This document shows, one piece after another, positions 10,349-22,990 of a stretch of DNA of 50,581 bases. Under the pieces are notes generated by a model. It worked only from the letters and a program-made list of their open reading frames with translations, had not been told where the DNA came from and did no database searches. Position numbers and translations under genes: made by a program. This DNA comes from Lama guanicoe (Eukaryota). Where the stretch lies: NCBI GenBank assembly GCA_013239625.1, contig MU054049.1, positions 1,439,015-1,489,595 of the forward strand, in the 5' to 3' direction. Within the stretch, counting starts at the first letter, position 1; every line of letters begins with the position of its first letter.

Positions 10349-12419
10349 AGCGGCCTCTGTTTGGCCTGGAAAGGAAAGGATTTAGGGGAAATGAATCGAT
10401 GTCTTCTTGTCTCTCAACATCACCGTGGGACAGGGAAGAGAAACTCACACGTCTGGATGGAAGAGTCGCAGGGTCACCGATTCACACTGCGGGTGAGAAA
10501 GGCATGTCTAACGGCTCCAGCTGTCTCCATGGGGCCTGGGGAGGACTAAGCTCCCCGTCACTGGATTTGTTCAATAGAAGCTGATGACCTCTCACCTAAG
10601 ACAGGGATGGATCTGATGTCAAGAGGGCCTAACGCCACCTCTAAGAGCCCAGGCTACATGTGGGGCTACAGCATGCCACTGTCATAAATCCAAAGTCCGC
10701 ACAGGGGTTGGCCACTTGAGTGAAACATCTGAGTGAAACAATTGCATATAAAAGAGGCGTTCTGGGTGAAACCTGAAATCTATGCACGTGGAAAGCATTT
10801 CGGCCCCGATAACAACCCCTCCGACCCTAGACACAATTGTCTTGTGCGGCCCCTCCCTCCACATCATTCAGATGTTAAGCCCAAGGTGAGTGTAGGCGCT
10901 CTGAGCCAGAGCCGGTCACCACCCGAGTCCTGCTTCCCCACCCTCAGCATCACCCCGGCAGAGCCATGAGCACAGGGCTCCCCGCTGGCACCCGGACTCT
11001 GGGTGGATCCGGGCCCGGGGCTGATGCGATGGTGCTTCTCCTTCACATGCCGGGTCCCAGATAGGATGCCCCAAGCCTGATTGTAATCACCTGAGCACGT
11101 GTTAACCAGACAGCCCAGAGCCAATCTCCAGGTCTTCTCATCAGACTCTCCCGGTGTAAGAAAAGGGCAGGGAAAAGCCCCCGGGAGCCTGGAATACTCC
11201 CAGATTCATAAATGCCACTCTGGAGCTGAGTTCCCACATCTGGGCCCAACACACACAGCCAGACGCTGCCAGGCCCGGAATTCCACCCAGTGGATGCCCT
11301 TCAGTGGCAGGGATATGTGGGTTTGCTTGTGCGCTGGGAGAACTCACAGGCTCTGCCTTCTCCAGGTGGAAAACTGGAGATGGGCAAAGGCAAGGTTCTA
11401 GGGCCACCCAGCGTTGCCACCACCTGCCCAGAGCCAGGCCCAGGACACGGACGTGGCTCTGGCTGCCTGGCCGACCTGCTCCCTCCTGCTGCCACCTCCC
11501 CCTCTGGGTGCCTGGAGCTCCGAAGGGAGGCCGTGGACTGGTCCTCCTCACAGAGGAGGAAGAGGGCATCGTGAGGAACAAAGGCCCCCTTTCTTCCCAC
11601 ACGGTGAAACCCATGTTCCCAGTGTACATGCAGATACAGTGGAAGATTGAGGAGTTTGGGCCATCACTGTCCCCTAGCAGAGCCAACCTTTATGCGTTCA
11701 TCATTTGTCCAAGTGTATGTTGCCTTTTGAGTCTTGTTACTTGTTACTTTTGAGTCAATGTTAGCATTGTTCTCGAGCCCAGCTTATTCTCGGCACTGCT
11801 CTCCTCCCGCAACACCATGTTTCCAAGTCCTCCTAGTCGCCAGTCCTCCTCCAGGATCCCAGCCAAGACTCCCATCTCTCCTTCCCTTCCCTCCCCAGAT
11901 CATAGGCTCTCCTGCCTCTTTAGACTCCTCCCTTGTCCCCCTGTGTAAGAATGGCTCTGGAGTGACATTGTTGGTGCCTGCCTTCCTGTCTTTGATGGTC
12001 AGTCCTGTATATTTCCCTCTGGATTTGGACAATCTTAGGCTAACGTGCTCTGCTTTCACATTTACGAGCTCTAGATCACGCGGTCAATCTCAGTCTGTTC
12101 CTGTACTTTCACAAGTCCGTTCCTCCCTGCTGACCAAAGCGGAAAGTGCCAGCAAGCTGCGAACTAATCAAAAGGTTTGCTTCCAGAGGAGACTCCCAGC
12201 CAATGTTGCCATATGTGGGGCTCTTCCTTGCCCTGGTAGCCTGTGGTGTACCTGTGTTAGGCATATATTTAAGGGCCCTCCATGCAGCCAGGTGACCCAC
12301 TGCATGGGGCAGGGTGATTTCAAGGGGCCTCCCCGTCCATCCTGACCCACACACGTTGACCACACCTCCACTGCCAAGTTTGCCGATTTCCCAGAAGATG
12401 GCTACCTCCTGCTGGAAAA

Positions 12420-13500
12420 CTTTTGACCAATGTGCAGCATCACTAATCACTAGGGACATGCAAAGCAGAACCATAATGAGGTGTCACATCCATTAGGATG
12501 ACTACTGCAGAACAAAAGGAAAAAAATGAGGGGCAAAAGTGATAAAATTCTCAGTGGTAGAGTGCCTGCTTAGCACTCCCGAGGTCCCGGGTTCAATCCC
12601 CAGTACCTCCATTAAAAAAATAAATAACCTAATTACCTCCCCCCCCCAAAAAAAAAGATGAAAAGTATATAAGTAAAAAAATAAATAAGTTTTTTAAGTA
12701 AAATCGTTGGACAAAACAGTTTTTTAATTATATTTGAAAAAGAAAGTTAAAAAACAATAACAAATAAAAAGTGAAAACCAAGTGTTGGTGAGGCTGTGGA
12801 GAAACTGGGAATTTTAGGCATTATTAGTGGGAATGTAAAATGGTGCAGCCGCTGTGAAAAACAGTATGACGGGTCCTCAAAACATAGGATTCATTCAAAC
12901 ATTCATTCAAACATAGGATTACCTTGTGATCTGAAAATTCCACCCCTAGATATACAGAACAGAACTGAAAGTCAGAACTCAAACAGACATTCACACACTC
13001 ATATTCATGGCAGCACTAGTCACAACATCCAAAAAGTGGAAGCAACCCAAACGTCACTCAACAGATGAACAGAAAAACAAAAGGTGATATATATATATGT
13101 ACCGTTGAATATTATTCAATTATTATATTATTATTGTATATTCAATTATTCAGCCTTTAAAAGGAAGGAGATTCTGACACAAGCTACAACACGGGTAAAC
13201 CTTGAGAATATCATGTTAAGTGCAAGAAACCAGTCACAAAAAGACAAACGCTGGATGATTCCACTTTAATGATGCACCTGCGTAGTCAAATTCACAGAGA
13301 CAGAAAGTAGAATTCTGGTTGCTAGGGCCTGAGCCAGTGGGGGACAGGGTGGGTGTGTAGTTGATGTTTAATGGGTGGAGAGATCTTGTTGGGGAAAATC
13401 AAAACTGTCTGCAGGTAGATGGTGGTGATGTACTTAACATACACTTAAAAATGGTTAAAATGGTCGATCTTATGATGCATAAATTTTGCCACAATTTAAA
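12420..13500 (+). mobile_element. Old L1 3' fragment interrupted by a SINE
   Basis: catcactaatcactagggacatgcaaagcagaaccataatgag ... cacttaaaaatggttaaaatggtc ... ttttgccacaat. Confidence 0.88.
12550..12660 (+). mobile_element. Camelid tRNA-derived SINE (Vic-1-like), 5' end degraded
   Basis: A-box remnant ctcagtgg, B-box ggttcaatccc, tail taaataacctaattacctccccccc plus A-run. Confidence 0.88.
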
Positions 13501-13516
13501 AAACAGCACCAAAAGT

Positions 13517-13750
13517 GGGGGATGGTACGGCTCAGTGGTAGAGTGCCTGCTTAGCACTCCCGAGGTCCCGGGTTCAATCCTCAGTACCTCCTCCAAAGAA
13601 AATAAACCTAACTACCGCCCCCTCATAAGACAGACAGAAAAAAAAAAAAGCCCTGGGTTCAATCCCTGGTACCTCCATTTAAAAAATAATGAATTAATTA
13701 AAAACAAAATTTTTTTTAATTTTTTTAATTTCAGAAATAAAAAAAAAAAA
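13517..13750 (+). mobile_element. Camelid tRNA-derived SINE followed by a second partial SINE head
   Basis: ggggatggtacggctcagtggtagag...gggttcaatcc..., then ccctgggttcaatccctggtacctccatt plus A/T tail. Confidence 0.88.
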
Positions 13751-14639
13751 GAACAGAACAAAAAGTCCTTTTGAGTGGCACTAACATCTCATTCACCCTG
13801 AAGCCCCAGCTCAGGGTTGGAGCTTCAAGGAAACACTGCTCCTCGTGGGGTCAAGCACAGACTGGGCTCCACCTTTGCCTGGAGACAAAGGTGCAGGGGC
13901 CAGAGTAGGCAGGATTCAGGATGATTGGCCACGTGTCAGCTCAGAGCCACACTCTTGTGACAGCAGAGCAATGACACCTGACTCCACAGAGCAAGACAGA
14001 AGCAGAAGATGCTCCAGGGTTCTGCCTCCCAAACCAGGTCCTCCCCTTCCCGGCTCCCAGGCTCAGCACCCAAACTGCCCATCCCCTGGTGGCCCAAGCC
14101 ACGGCCCTGGCTGCCGTCCCCACTGCTCCCAATCTCTTATCCCCCATTCAGTCATACCCCAAATCTGCCGATGCTACCTCAGACATCTATCAAAACATCG
14201 GCCGCCTGCAGCCCACCACCCTTCATCCCCAAGGCGGTCAGAGCCCCCTCACTGCTCCCACTACCAAGATGATTCCCTTTCAGGTTGCCACTCCCCACAG
14301 GGTAGCTCAGGACCCCAGCTAACACCGCAGGGCTCCCTGCTCACCCAGCAGAGTCAGGCTCTAGAGGAGGGCGTGCAAGGCATGCTGGGGACCTCTGTCC
14401 TCTCTGGTCTCCTCTTCTGCCTGTTTCTTCAGTTCCCTTGGACCCCAACCACCTCGAGCTTCTTTGAGTTGACCAAATGGGCCACTTCCAGCCCCTCTGC
14501 ACCCTCTTTGTCCCCTCCACAAGAGGCAGGGCCCAAGTCCTCTCACTCACCAGCCTGAGTGCGAAGCAGAGTGGAGTTGGGGTGTGAATCCAAGGCCAGA
14601 TCAGAAAGCACCTGTCCCCAGAACCAGCACCCCTCTAGT

Positions 14640-15215
14640 CCCAGCCACCACGGAGCAGTCTATGTACCCTGGGTCACTCTGCTGTCAAGAAACCCACACT
14701 GGCCCATGTGGAGATGGCGTGGAGAGGCTCTGAGACGACCCAGAAAGAGAGAGAGAGAGATCCCGACCCTCCAGCTCTAGTCCCTGGCTGCCTGAGCCAG
14801 GACCACCTCACCAAGCCATTCTTAGATCCACAAAACCATGAGAGATAATAAAATGATTGCTGCTGTGTTAAGCCACTAAGTTTGTTTTTTTCATTATTTT
14901 TTAAATTGAAATATAGTTGATTTACAATGTGTTAGTTTCAGGAGTACAGAAGTGTAATTCAAAGTGTATAGATACATACATTCATTTTCAGATTCTTTTC
15001 CATTATAGGTTATTACAAGATGCTGAATGTAGGTCCCTGTGCTATACAGTAGGTCCTTGTTGTTTATCTACTATATATACAGTAATGAGTATCTGTTAAT
15101 CCCAAAGTCCGATTTTACCCCTCCCCCACCTTCCCCCTCGGTCACCATAGTTTACGTCCCATGTCTGATAAGCTGCGAAGTTTCAAGGTGGTTAATACGC
15201 AGCAGCAGGTGACCA
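14640..15215 (+). mobile_element. MLT1 (MaLR) LTR, split by an antisense L1 3' end
   Basis: aaaccatgagagataataaaatgattgctgctgtgttaagccactaagtttg; resumes at ~15170 with taagctgcgaagtttcaaggtggttaatacgcagcagcag. Confidence 0.7.
14883..15165 (-). mobile_element. Cetartiodactyl L1 3' end
   Basis: ttgaaatatagttgatttacaatgtgttagtttcaggagtacag...tccctgtgctatacagtaggtccttgttgtttatcta, with T-rich tail on the left. Confidence 0.88.
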
Positions 15216-17269
15216 GAGCTCGCTCTTTCTCCCAGCCTCCCTTCCCTCTCCACTCTCACCCTCCTCCTGGTCCCCCCGGACCCTCAGGCCCTCCCCACCA
15301 GCCTGCACTTGTCTAACTCCTATGAACACTAAGATACTCCACCTTAGGCACCTCGTTCTCTAGAAGGACACCCCTGATGCCCTAACTCTTGATTGTGCAC
15401 CCCACTTTCCAAGTCTGCTTCCCCCATCACAGCCCATGTGTAATTGTCTTTTTAACGGTTTGTCTTTCTCGCCCACTCAATGGCCAGTTTTGGAGGGAGG
15501 AAAATTACCTGTCCACATGATCACCGCCTGCTGGACACAGAGCCAGGTCCAAGGTAGGCAAAGGGTAAACATCACTGAATTCAATGGGATTCTTATTCTA
15601 AATTGAAGCGTTCACACCAGCAAAAAGGATCTTTTAGGGAGAGGCACTCAATGCCATTTTGAACTTATTCCCTCACTTTCCAAGCTAGTTGTTAACACCA
15701 ACTAGATGCGTTAACCCAGTTCCACACCAGACTGGGCACTCTGCTCCCTGACCCTGTGTAATGGGCAGTCAAGGCGGCTGTGGCCCCACAAATGGGGTCT
15801 CAGGCACCCAAGGCCCGGGAACAGATGTCCCACAATGTAACCCATAAGTCAGCACTCACATTTCACTGACGCTCTTTGATGAGAAATTCCACACCTGCCA
15901 ACAGAAAGAGGCCAAAAGGCTTGCGGGGCACTCGCAACAACATCCAAAACCCAAATTACGCTTTGGTCTTGTGGTGATGAAATGATGAGGACATTAGACA
16001 AATTGTATTAAGTGAGAGTGGTGAGTGGACCTGAATTCTATTTATTGACCCAGGAAGGGCTCAGCATCAGACCACAGATTTCCGAAGACTTTCATCATGT
16101 TTGGCTGCCAGGTGGGCAGGGCAGGTTAACACAGAGAGGGTTTTAAGTCTCCAGTCACCTAAGGAAAATCAAGGGTGCTCTCCCTTAAAACAAGGAAGAT
16201 CAGTTAAGCTGGGTATCTCTCTTCTCATTTTCCCTCCATCCAATGAAACTAATTGCACTTCATAGATGGAGAAATAAATGTTATTACAGAAAATCAATGG
16301 CTCTAAATGGTAAATAGCCTCCCTGACTAAGTTGCCCACCCACCCAGGTTTAACTCGCTCAGTAAGTAGGATTTGAACATTATCAGGCACGGAAGAGCTT
16401 TAGAAACTTCTGGAGTTGACATCTTCACATCTCAATTAATTTCGCTATGAATTTTTGAAACAGGGTGACCCTGAAGTTGGTTGGGAAGTCAAATCAGCCA
16501 CGAAGAGATGTTTTGTGTCCCCAGATATCCCAACCACTTCCTTGGAACATACTTTTGAGGACTCAGAAACTTAAAACTAGTTGACCACAGCTAAGGACAT
16601 TTGTTAAAGGAACTCTGACCACAGTGCCTTCCCGGAGCATGTGATCTGACAGGACGCCCAGCCCTGGGGGAGACTTTTCCTTCTGATTCTCTGCAAGGCC
16701 AGGAGAGAAGAGGGGATGGCAGAAGCCACCAGAAGCCGGGAGGGAGGAAGCAAGAAGCCAGATGCTGTCCCCTCCAAAAATGTCAACAAAAGACTTGAAA
16801 TCTAATTTGAATCCTCTGGGCTGTTGGCAGAAGATGCTAAGATAAAGGGGTTTTTCTAAGTAAATCTGAGCTCCATGTTGATGGCCCTGATTTCAAATAA
16901 CTCTCAGGGTGACTCCCTTCTCTCTGCTGCTTGAGCAGGGACTCCACCAAACCAGAAGAGATGTTGTCCCACCAAGAACAATGGAAATACTGCATGCATT
17001 CCTCCAAGGATGTTGGAAAACATTGTATTCTTTTAGTACAGAAAAAGGTTTTCAAAAGTTGATCATAATTGCAAAAATTAAGGTCAAACAAAATAAATTA
17101 CAAATCAATAGTGTAATCAAAATATAAAACAGGGAATATTCCTGCAATGGAGTATCATATGCTTCTCATGAATAAACTTAAACTACACAGAGAAACACCG
17201 ATGACTCCTGCTGGCTTAATGTTCCCAGGAATAAAATCAAGTTACAGAGGATAAAAAAAAAAATAGTTA

Positions 17270-17570
17270 AAGAAAACCAAAATGGATCTCAGTCAAATTA
17301 GAACAAAGAATAAATAGAGACATTTCGTACTGATGAAGGGGCCGATCAATCAAGAGGACATAACGATCTAAAATGTGTATGGATCTAATAACAGAGCTCT
17401 AAAGTACGGGGAGCAAATTAAAGTCACAGTGAAGCGGGTGATGGGTAGCGTTCTCTCTCAATGGAATGGCAAAATTATAAATTCTGACAATCCCAAGTGT
17501 TAACAAGGATTCAGAGCAATGGGAATTGTCATACACTGCTTGTGAGAATATAACTTGGTACAAATACTGT
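17270..17570 (+). mobile_element. Old L1 fragments
   Basis: caatcaagaggacataacgatctaaaatgtgtatggatctaataacagagc (ORF2 endonuclease-like) joined to an L1 3'-like segment. Confidence 0.65.
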
Positions 17571-17597
17571 ACTAGTTATCCATTACTGTGTAACAAA

Positions 17598-17789
17598 AAT
17601 ACTACTATACATAAAGTAGATAAAAAACAAATTCCCTCTGTATAGCACAGGGAAATAGATTCAATATCTTGTTGTAACCTATAACGAAAAAGAATATGTG
17701 TATGTATATGTATGACTGAAACATTATGCTGTACCCCAGAAATTGACACATTGTAACTGACTATAATTTCAAGTAAAAAAAAAAAAAAC
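17598..17789 (+). mobile_element. Cetartiodactyl L1 3' end with poly(A), inserted in an MLT1 remnant
   Basis: tgtatagcacagggaaatagattcaatatcttg...gaaattgacacattgtaactgactataatttcaagtaaaaaaaaaaaaa. Confidence 0.88.
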
Positions 17790-18054
17790 CTTTATTGTCT
17801 CACGATATTCTGGGTCAGGAATGTGGGAGCGACTTATTGTCTCTCGTAATTGAGTCAAGGTGTCATCCGGGGCTCTGTTTATCTGAACTTCCTCAGTCAA
17901 GGAGTCTGAGAGATGGTAGAGGCCACCGGCTCCCACCCCCTCCCCAGGAAAGGGAGCTCCAAAGACCTGCCACCCAGGCACGCCTGAGGGGCTACCTGCC
18001 CCCAGCCCCACAGAGGCATCTCACAGGTGTGGCTGAGAAGAGGCCCCTACCTGG

Positions 18055-18780
18055 AGGGAGTTAAGGCTCAGGCCTGGAACCAGGCTGCCTGGGTTCACTT
18101 CCCTACTGGTCCACTTGCAGCCGAGCGAGTGGGCTCGTTGCCCACTGTACAACAGAAATGCCAAACACTGAGGCTTAATGGCAGGGAGGCCAAGCAAGGA
18201 GACGGGGGGTGAAGCTCAGATATGACTCTCCAATCAGCTTTTTGAGTGGGCCATTTACCATAGGGGTCGGGGAAGGGAGGGTATCGTAGCTAAAACATGC
18301 TTGGTGGAAGGGTGAAGCGAAATTTCAAGAGTCCTCAGCACAGGCGTGACTGCCCTTCATGTCAGTTCACAGGTCACCTGTGCACGTTTGGGAGAGTTCT
18401 GTGTGTTCCATGCAGCGGAGTTTTGGCCTGTGACGTCTAAAGTTCACTGATGGGTTATTCTAGTCCCTCAGTGCCTCTGCACAGGTGGGCTGGAAGAAGG
18501 TTGTTCACGGGCCGTTTTTTTACTTGTGGTTTCTTAGGTATGCTGCAAATAAGCTAAAGCTTGGTTAATCATCTCGTATTTTCATTTTGTGGCCATGGCG
18601 TGCTATTTTGGTTCCCATTTAAATAATTGAGCAGGCCACTCTGACCCTCAGTATCTTCATCGGTAAAATGGAGATTATCATACTCCCAGCCTCCTATGAT
18701 GGTAATGAGGATTAGGTGAGTTAGTATGCGTAAAGCCCTACTCACCCATGGTGTGGCATCCACTAAGTGTTCATCTGTCT
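18055..18780 (+). mobile_element. MIR SINE split by a ~500-bp LTR-like insertion (~18115-18620)
   Basis: MIR 5' part (ggctgcctgggttcact...ccact) and 3' part (ccctcagtatcttcatcggtaaaatggagattatc...gaggattaggtgagttagtatgcgtaaagc) flank unrelated LTR-like sequence. Confidence 0.6.
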
Positions 18781-19479
18781 GGTTGCCCTGATGGCATCCC
18801 CTCACTGCTTGGCAGAGGTCTGAGGGTGGCCTTGCCACAGACTCAGAGCTCAGCTCAGCAGCAGATGGCTCCGGGCAAAGCCAAGGGTCCTGCTGACTAC
18901 AACCACAGCTCCCATTCCTGAACGCTGAGGATGTCCTTGCTCCAGGACTTCCTCCCACCAAGCAGGCCTGAAAAAGCTGCAAGAAGAAAACCTCCAGGAA
19001 CGCAGAGCCTCGCAGCACCTGGGGGACAGCTTCCGATTCTGCTGCAGCTGCAGTTCAAGCTTCGCTCGCGCAGGGAAGGCCCAAGTTTAATAAAGGCTAA
19101 TTCCTAGACTGAGGGACTGAAGGAGAATTAGATTCAGATGACGAAGCAAATGCAGCTTAATTGGAAAAAAAAAAAAAAGGTACTCCCCTTCCTTGTGCCC
19201 AGTCCAAGAGCAGAATCCAAGAAGCAAACCTGGCAGGTGTGGCCATGGTGTCCCAGAGTGGCCTTACTCCTGAGGCCGAACTGGAGATGCTGCCCCATCG
19301 TTGGCCCAGCCAGAGCCACATTTCAGGGACCGTGTCCAAAGCTGAAGCATGAGCCCTGGACAGAGAACCTGCCTGAACTCTCTGGGAGAAGTGCTCACTG
19401 AGGGACAGAGGCTGATGCCCAAGCTCCTGGGACAGGCCCTGGACTTCACAGCACCTGGCATGAGAAACGCTGGGTACCA

Positions 19480-20000
19480 GAGGGATTCAGGCTCCCATCC
19501 AGCCCTCTCTCCCATCCACGAGGGTTTTCAGCCCTCACTGTCTCTCCCTGACTTTCCTACATCCTACCCAGCCACACTGGCCTCCTGCTGTTCCTCTAAT
19601 GCTGTGGCCTCAGGGCATTTGCACTGGCCACACTGGCTGTTTCTTTTGCTAAGAATGTTCTTCACCAAACATCCACTTGGCTCCTTCATTTCCCCTCCTT
19701 CAAGGCTCCTCTCCTATCGCACCTTCCACAGCAGGCCGATTCTGACTACCCCACTTAATGCCAAAAAGTGCCCACCATCCACCGCATGCCAGCGCCCCTC
19801 CTCCATTCCTCTTTGTTACCTTCCCTGCAATGTTTGTCACCTGCTTACATACCATGTAATTTTGGAATAAGTCATGTCTATTATTTATTTTTTCCCCTGT
19901 GATAATATCAGCCACAGAGCAGGGATCTCTGTCTATTTTAATCTCTGCAGTACTCAAAGCACCTAGAACATAGTAGCTGCTCAGTGAATATTGTTGAAGA
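19480..20000 (+). mobile_element. L2 LINE 3' fragment
   Basis: ccagccacactggcctcctgctgttcctc...cctcagggcatttgcactgg...cacctagaacatagtagctgctcagtgaatattgttgaa. Confidence 0.85.
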
Positions 20001-20529
20001 GAAAGAGGAGGGAAGGAAGAAAGAAAGGGAGGAAGGGGGTGGATGCTTGGAGTCCTGGCCTGGTCCCATGGGTACAGTCAGGATGACCTCCTCCCCAAGA
20101 AGAGAGAGCTGCCAGAACCTGTCCCAAGCCTTCACAACAGGAGGGACAGGGCTGAGGGAAGTGACAAGGCTCCCAAAGGCACACAGGAAGTCACACACAG
20201 GAGTGTGGCTTAGCATCAGGAGGTAGACCTCCAACCACAAAGCAAGGTCCAAGGCCCCATGCAGCTCAGGAAGAGACCAGGGGGATTGCAGGACCTGCAC
20301 CCACCCAGGCCTGGGCAAGGTGGGAAGGTCACGGTCAGAGCCAGGTGGAAGGAGGAAGGCTGGGACCTCAGCGGGGGAACTGTCAGAGGACAAAGGAATA
20401 AGAGCATCTTGTCACTGCTTGCGCCCAGGACCAATCAGACAGGAGATTCAGCATACTCTGTAAGGCCCCGGGATGAAGCTGAGTGCCTGCTGGACCACCA
20501 CCCCCTGGGCGGTGGAGGCCACAGTCAGT

Positions 20530-20786
20530 CCAAACACCCATGGTGAGAGCAGGTCTTCCTAAGCAGAGAGGCTCTCCTGGTGTCAATCACTGGGAAAGAG
20601 GCGGGTCCTGACGGCTTCAGCCCCTGTCCCAGGGCAACCACATGAAAACTCCAGAGCTGGAGCCCCCAGCCAAGCTGTTCCTGCCTGACTTCCTGACCCA
20701 CTGAAGCCAAGAGATGTAACAAAGCACCAGTTTTAAGCTACTCGTTTTAAGGTAATTTGTCACTCAGCAGGAGATAACTGAAACAA
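20530..20786 (+). mobile_element. MLT1 (MaLR) LTR 3' part
   Basis: cttcctgacccactgaagccaagagat...ttttaagctactcgttttaaggtaatttgtcactcagcaggagataactgaaaca. Confidence 0.75.
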
Positions 20787-22534
20787 TGGGAACTTCCAGC
20801 TGGTCTCCCCTGTGCTCCGTTGTGCATTGTATGAGAAAGAACAGAGGGAAATGGAGTGTCTGTGCTTAGAGTAAAGGAGAAGCAACCCTCGGGCCCAGCA
20901 TGGAGGAGGCGGCTGCTCAATAGAAGAGTGGCAGGGGAAAACTTGGGGGCATGAGATAAGGTGACAAGTTCTGGCCAGCCAGCCCTTCTTACTTCAAAGG
21001 GCTGGGGTCCCTTTTTAGGAGGCTGGTGAACCCCTTTCAGGTTCATAATTCTTATCTCATTGTGCTGATGAAAATCTTGGGGCTGAACAGCTCAGGGCCA
21101 CACAGAGTGGAGATGGGTCCAAACCCCAGGTCTGTCCAACCAAAGTCCGAGCTGCTTTGCCAACGCCGTGGATCCTCAAGGAAGAGCCCAACCCTGCTGT
21201 GCACCTGCATGAGTGTGGGAGGGCCAGAATGGGTGGGGTGGGGTCCTGAAAGGGTCATTTGAGGCAGACTCTGGAGCCAGCCTGGAGCATCCCCTGCCTG
21301 GCTCCTCTGTTCCCCACACAGGCAGACACAATGCCTTCCATCCACAGCAACGTGTGCCTCCCCTCAAACCCCTCGCTGCCAATTTGCCTCACCCCTGCAG
21401 CTCTCCACACACCTTCTCCATAGGAACAGGGGGGCTCAGTGGATGAATCATTTAGCTCTCAGCAGTCAGACAGGGAACAGGTACATCCAGAGAGATGCAC
21501 TGTGCATAGGCCGGTTACACTGGGGATGAGAACATCACACCTCCGGGTCCCAGCCTTTGGTTCTGTAGGCTTCCAGCAATGCCCAGGGGCAGACCTTGGG
21601 ACATCATCAAGGGATGCTGCAACAGAAGATCAGATTCTTCCAACGTTAGAAAGTGCCCTCCCTTGGGGTGGGTGGGCAGCAATAGGGGGGGTCAGGCAAT
21701 GAGGCATCTTTGACTGCGTGGTTGCAGCCACAAGTGACCCACACCCTCAGGTCTGCTATGGGGCATCCCTCAGCTTCAAAAATCTAAGGATGTGAAGATA
21801 GGAGATGGTGCTGGGGGAGGGGCAGGGGGATGCTCAGAGGGTGAGAGGATTCTAAGTTCTCCTAACTGGCAAAAGGGGGAAAGTAAAGCAGGAAATAGTT
21901 CACACACTCCCTTCCCTGGGACCCTCTGGATGACGAGGAGGCAGAGCCAAGCCTGCAGGGGTCTCCGAGGCCCAGCCAGGAGGGAAGGCAGCCAGGAGAC
22001 TGGGGCTGCTGGGGGTCAGCAGGGGGACACGCTCCTTCACCCTCAAACCTCCTCATTCCAAATTCCTCCCACTGGTAAACACAGATGAATCTTCCCCATA
22101 AACAGGGACTCCAACTGATGTCATTACTAATCACTGGTAATAAAACTACTAAATAAAGAAGAGAGACAGAATGAGAAGTCTACAGGAGGGCTCCCCGACA
22201 GAACAATTAGGCTTGGGAGACAAACGTTTATTCACAGACATCACCAGCAGGCATGTATTATTAATAAAATAGACATTGAGCTCAGTCGATAATGAAAGGG
22301 AAGGGGACCCTGGCCTCCCCGACTCCTGTAAAGCCCCCCACCAGCCCTCAGCCTTGGCATTCAGCGCTAACCGGTACCAGCTCTGAGACCGGGGAGCCTG
22401 TCAGACGACACCCCGGCCAGGGGAAGGCGGGCCCTCTCTTCCTCCCACTCGGGGAGACAGGCACGGCTCCCTACTGACTTCTCCTGTCAGCTCATACCTG
22501 GGTCCATCTCCTCCGCTCCATGTTTAATGAGTCT

Positions 22535-22990
22535 CCCCTTCTTATTGTTACATAATAAATTATCCCAAAATGTAGCAGCTTAAAACCACAATCATTTACT
22601 TTCCCAAAGTCCCGTGAGTCAGGAAGTGGCATGGTTTGGCTGGTGTGTGGCTCGAGGTGTCTCATGAGTCAAGCTTTGGCCTGGGCTGCGGTCTCACCTG
22701 AAGACTGCTGGGGGAGGGTTTTTTCCAAGCTCATGCATGGGGGCCTCTGGTCCTCCCGGCTCTTCATCTGAGGCCTCCTTTGTTTCCTCACCCCATGGCC
22801 ACTGTCTCTGCAGAACAGCATCATGATTCTTCTGCAGCTGGCATCCCCTACCCAGCCCCACCGTGAGCAGTCCCCAGGAGGGAAGCCACCATCTTCTCAT
22901 CGCCTGATCTGGAAAGCCACATCGCGTAACTTCTTCTATTCATTAGAAATGAGTTAGTAAATCCAGTCCTCGCTCCAGGGAAGGGGATGG
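22535..22990 (-). mobile_element. MLT1 (MaLR) LTR
   Basis: ttattgttacataataaattatcccaaaatgtagcagcttaaaaccacaatcattt...ctattcattagaaatgagttagtaaatccagtcc. Confidence 0.75.

Noticed and set aside
12878..12922. Local repeat aaacataggatt/cattcaaacatt
   Set aside because: Small slippage duplication within a dead L1; no functional indication.
12550..13591. tRNA genes suggested by A-box and B-box motifs
   Set aside because: Multiple degenerate copies with AT-rich tails and no intact cloverleaf: these are tRNA-derived SINEs.
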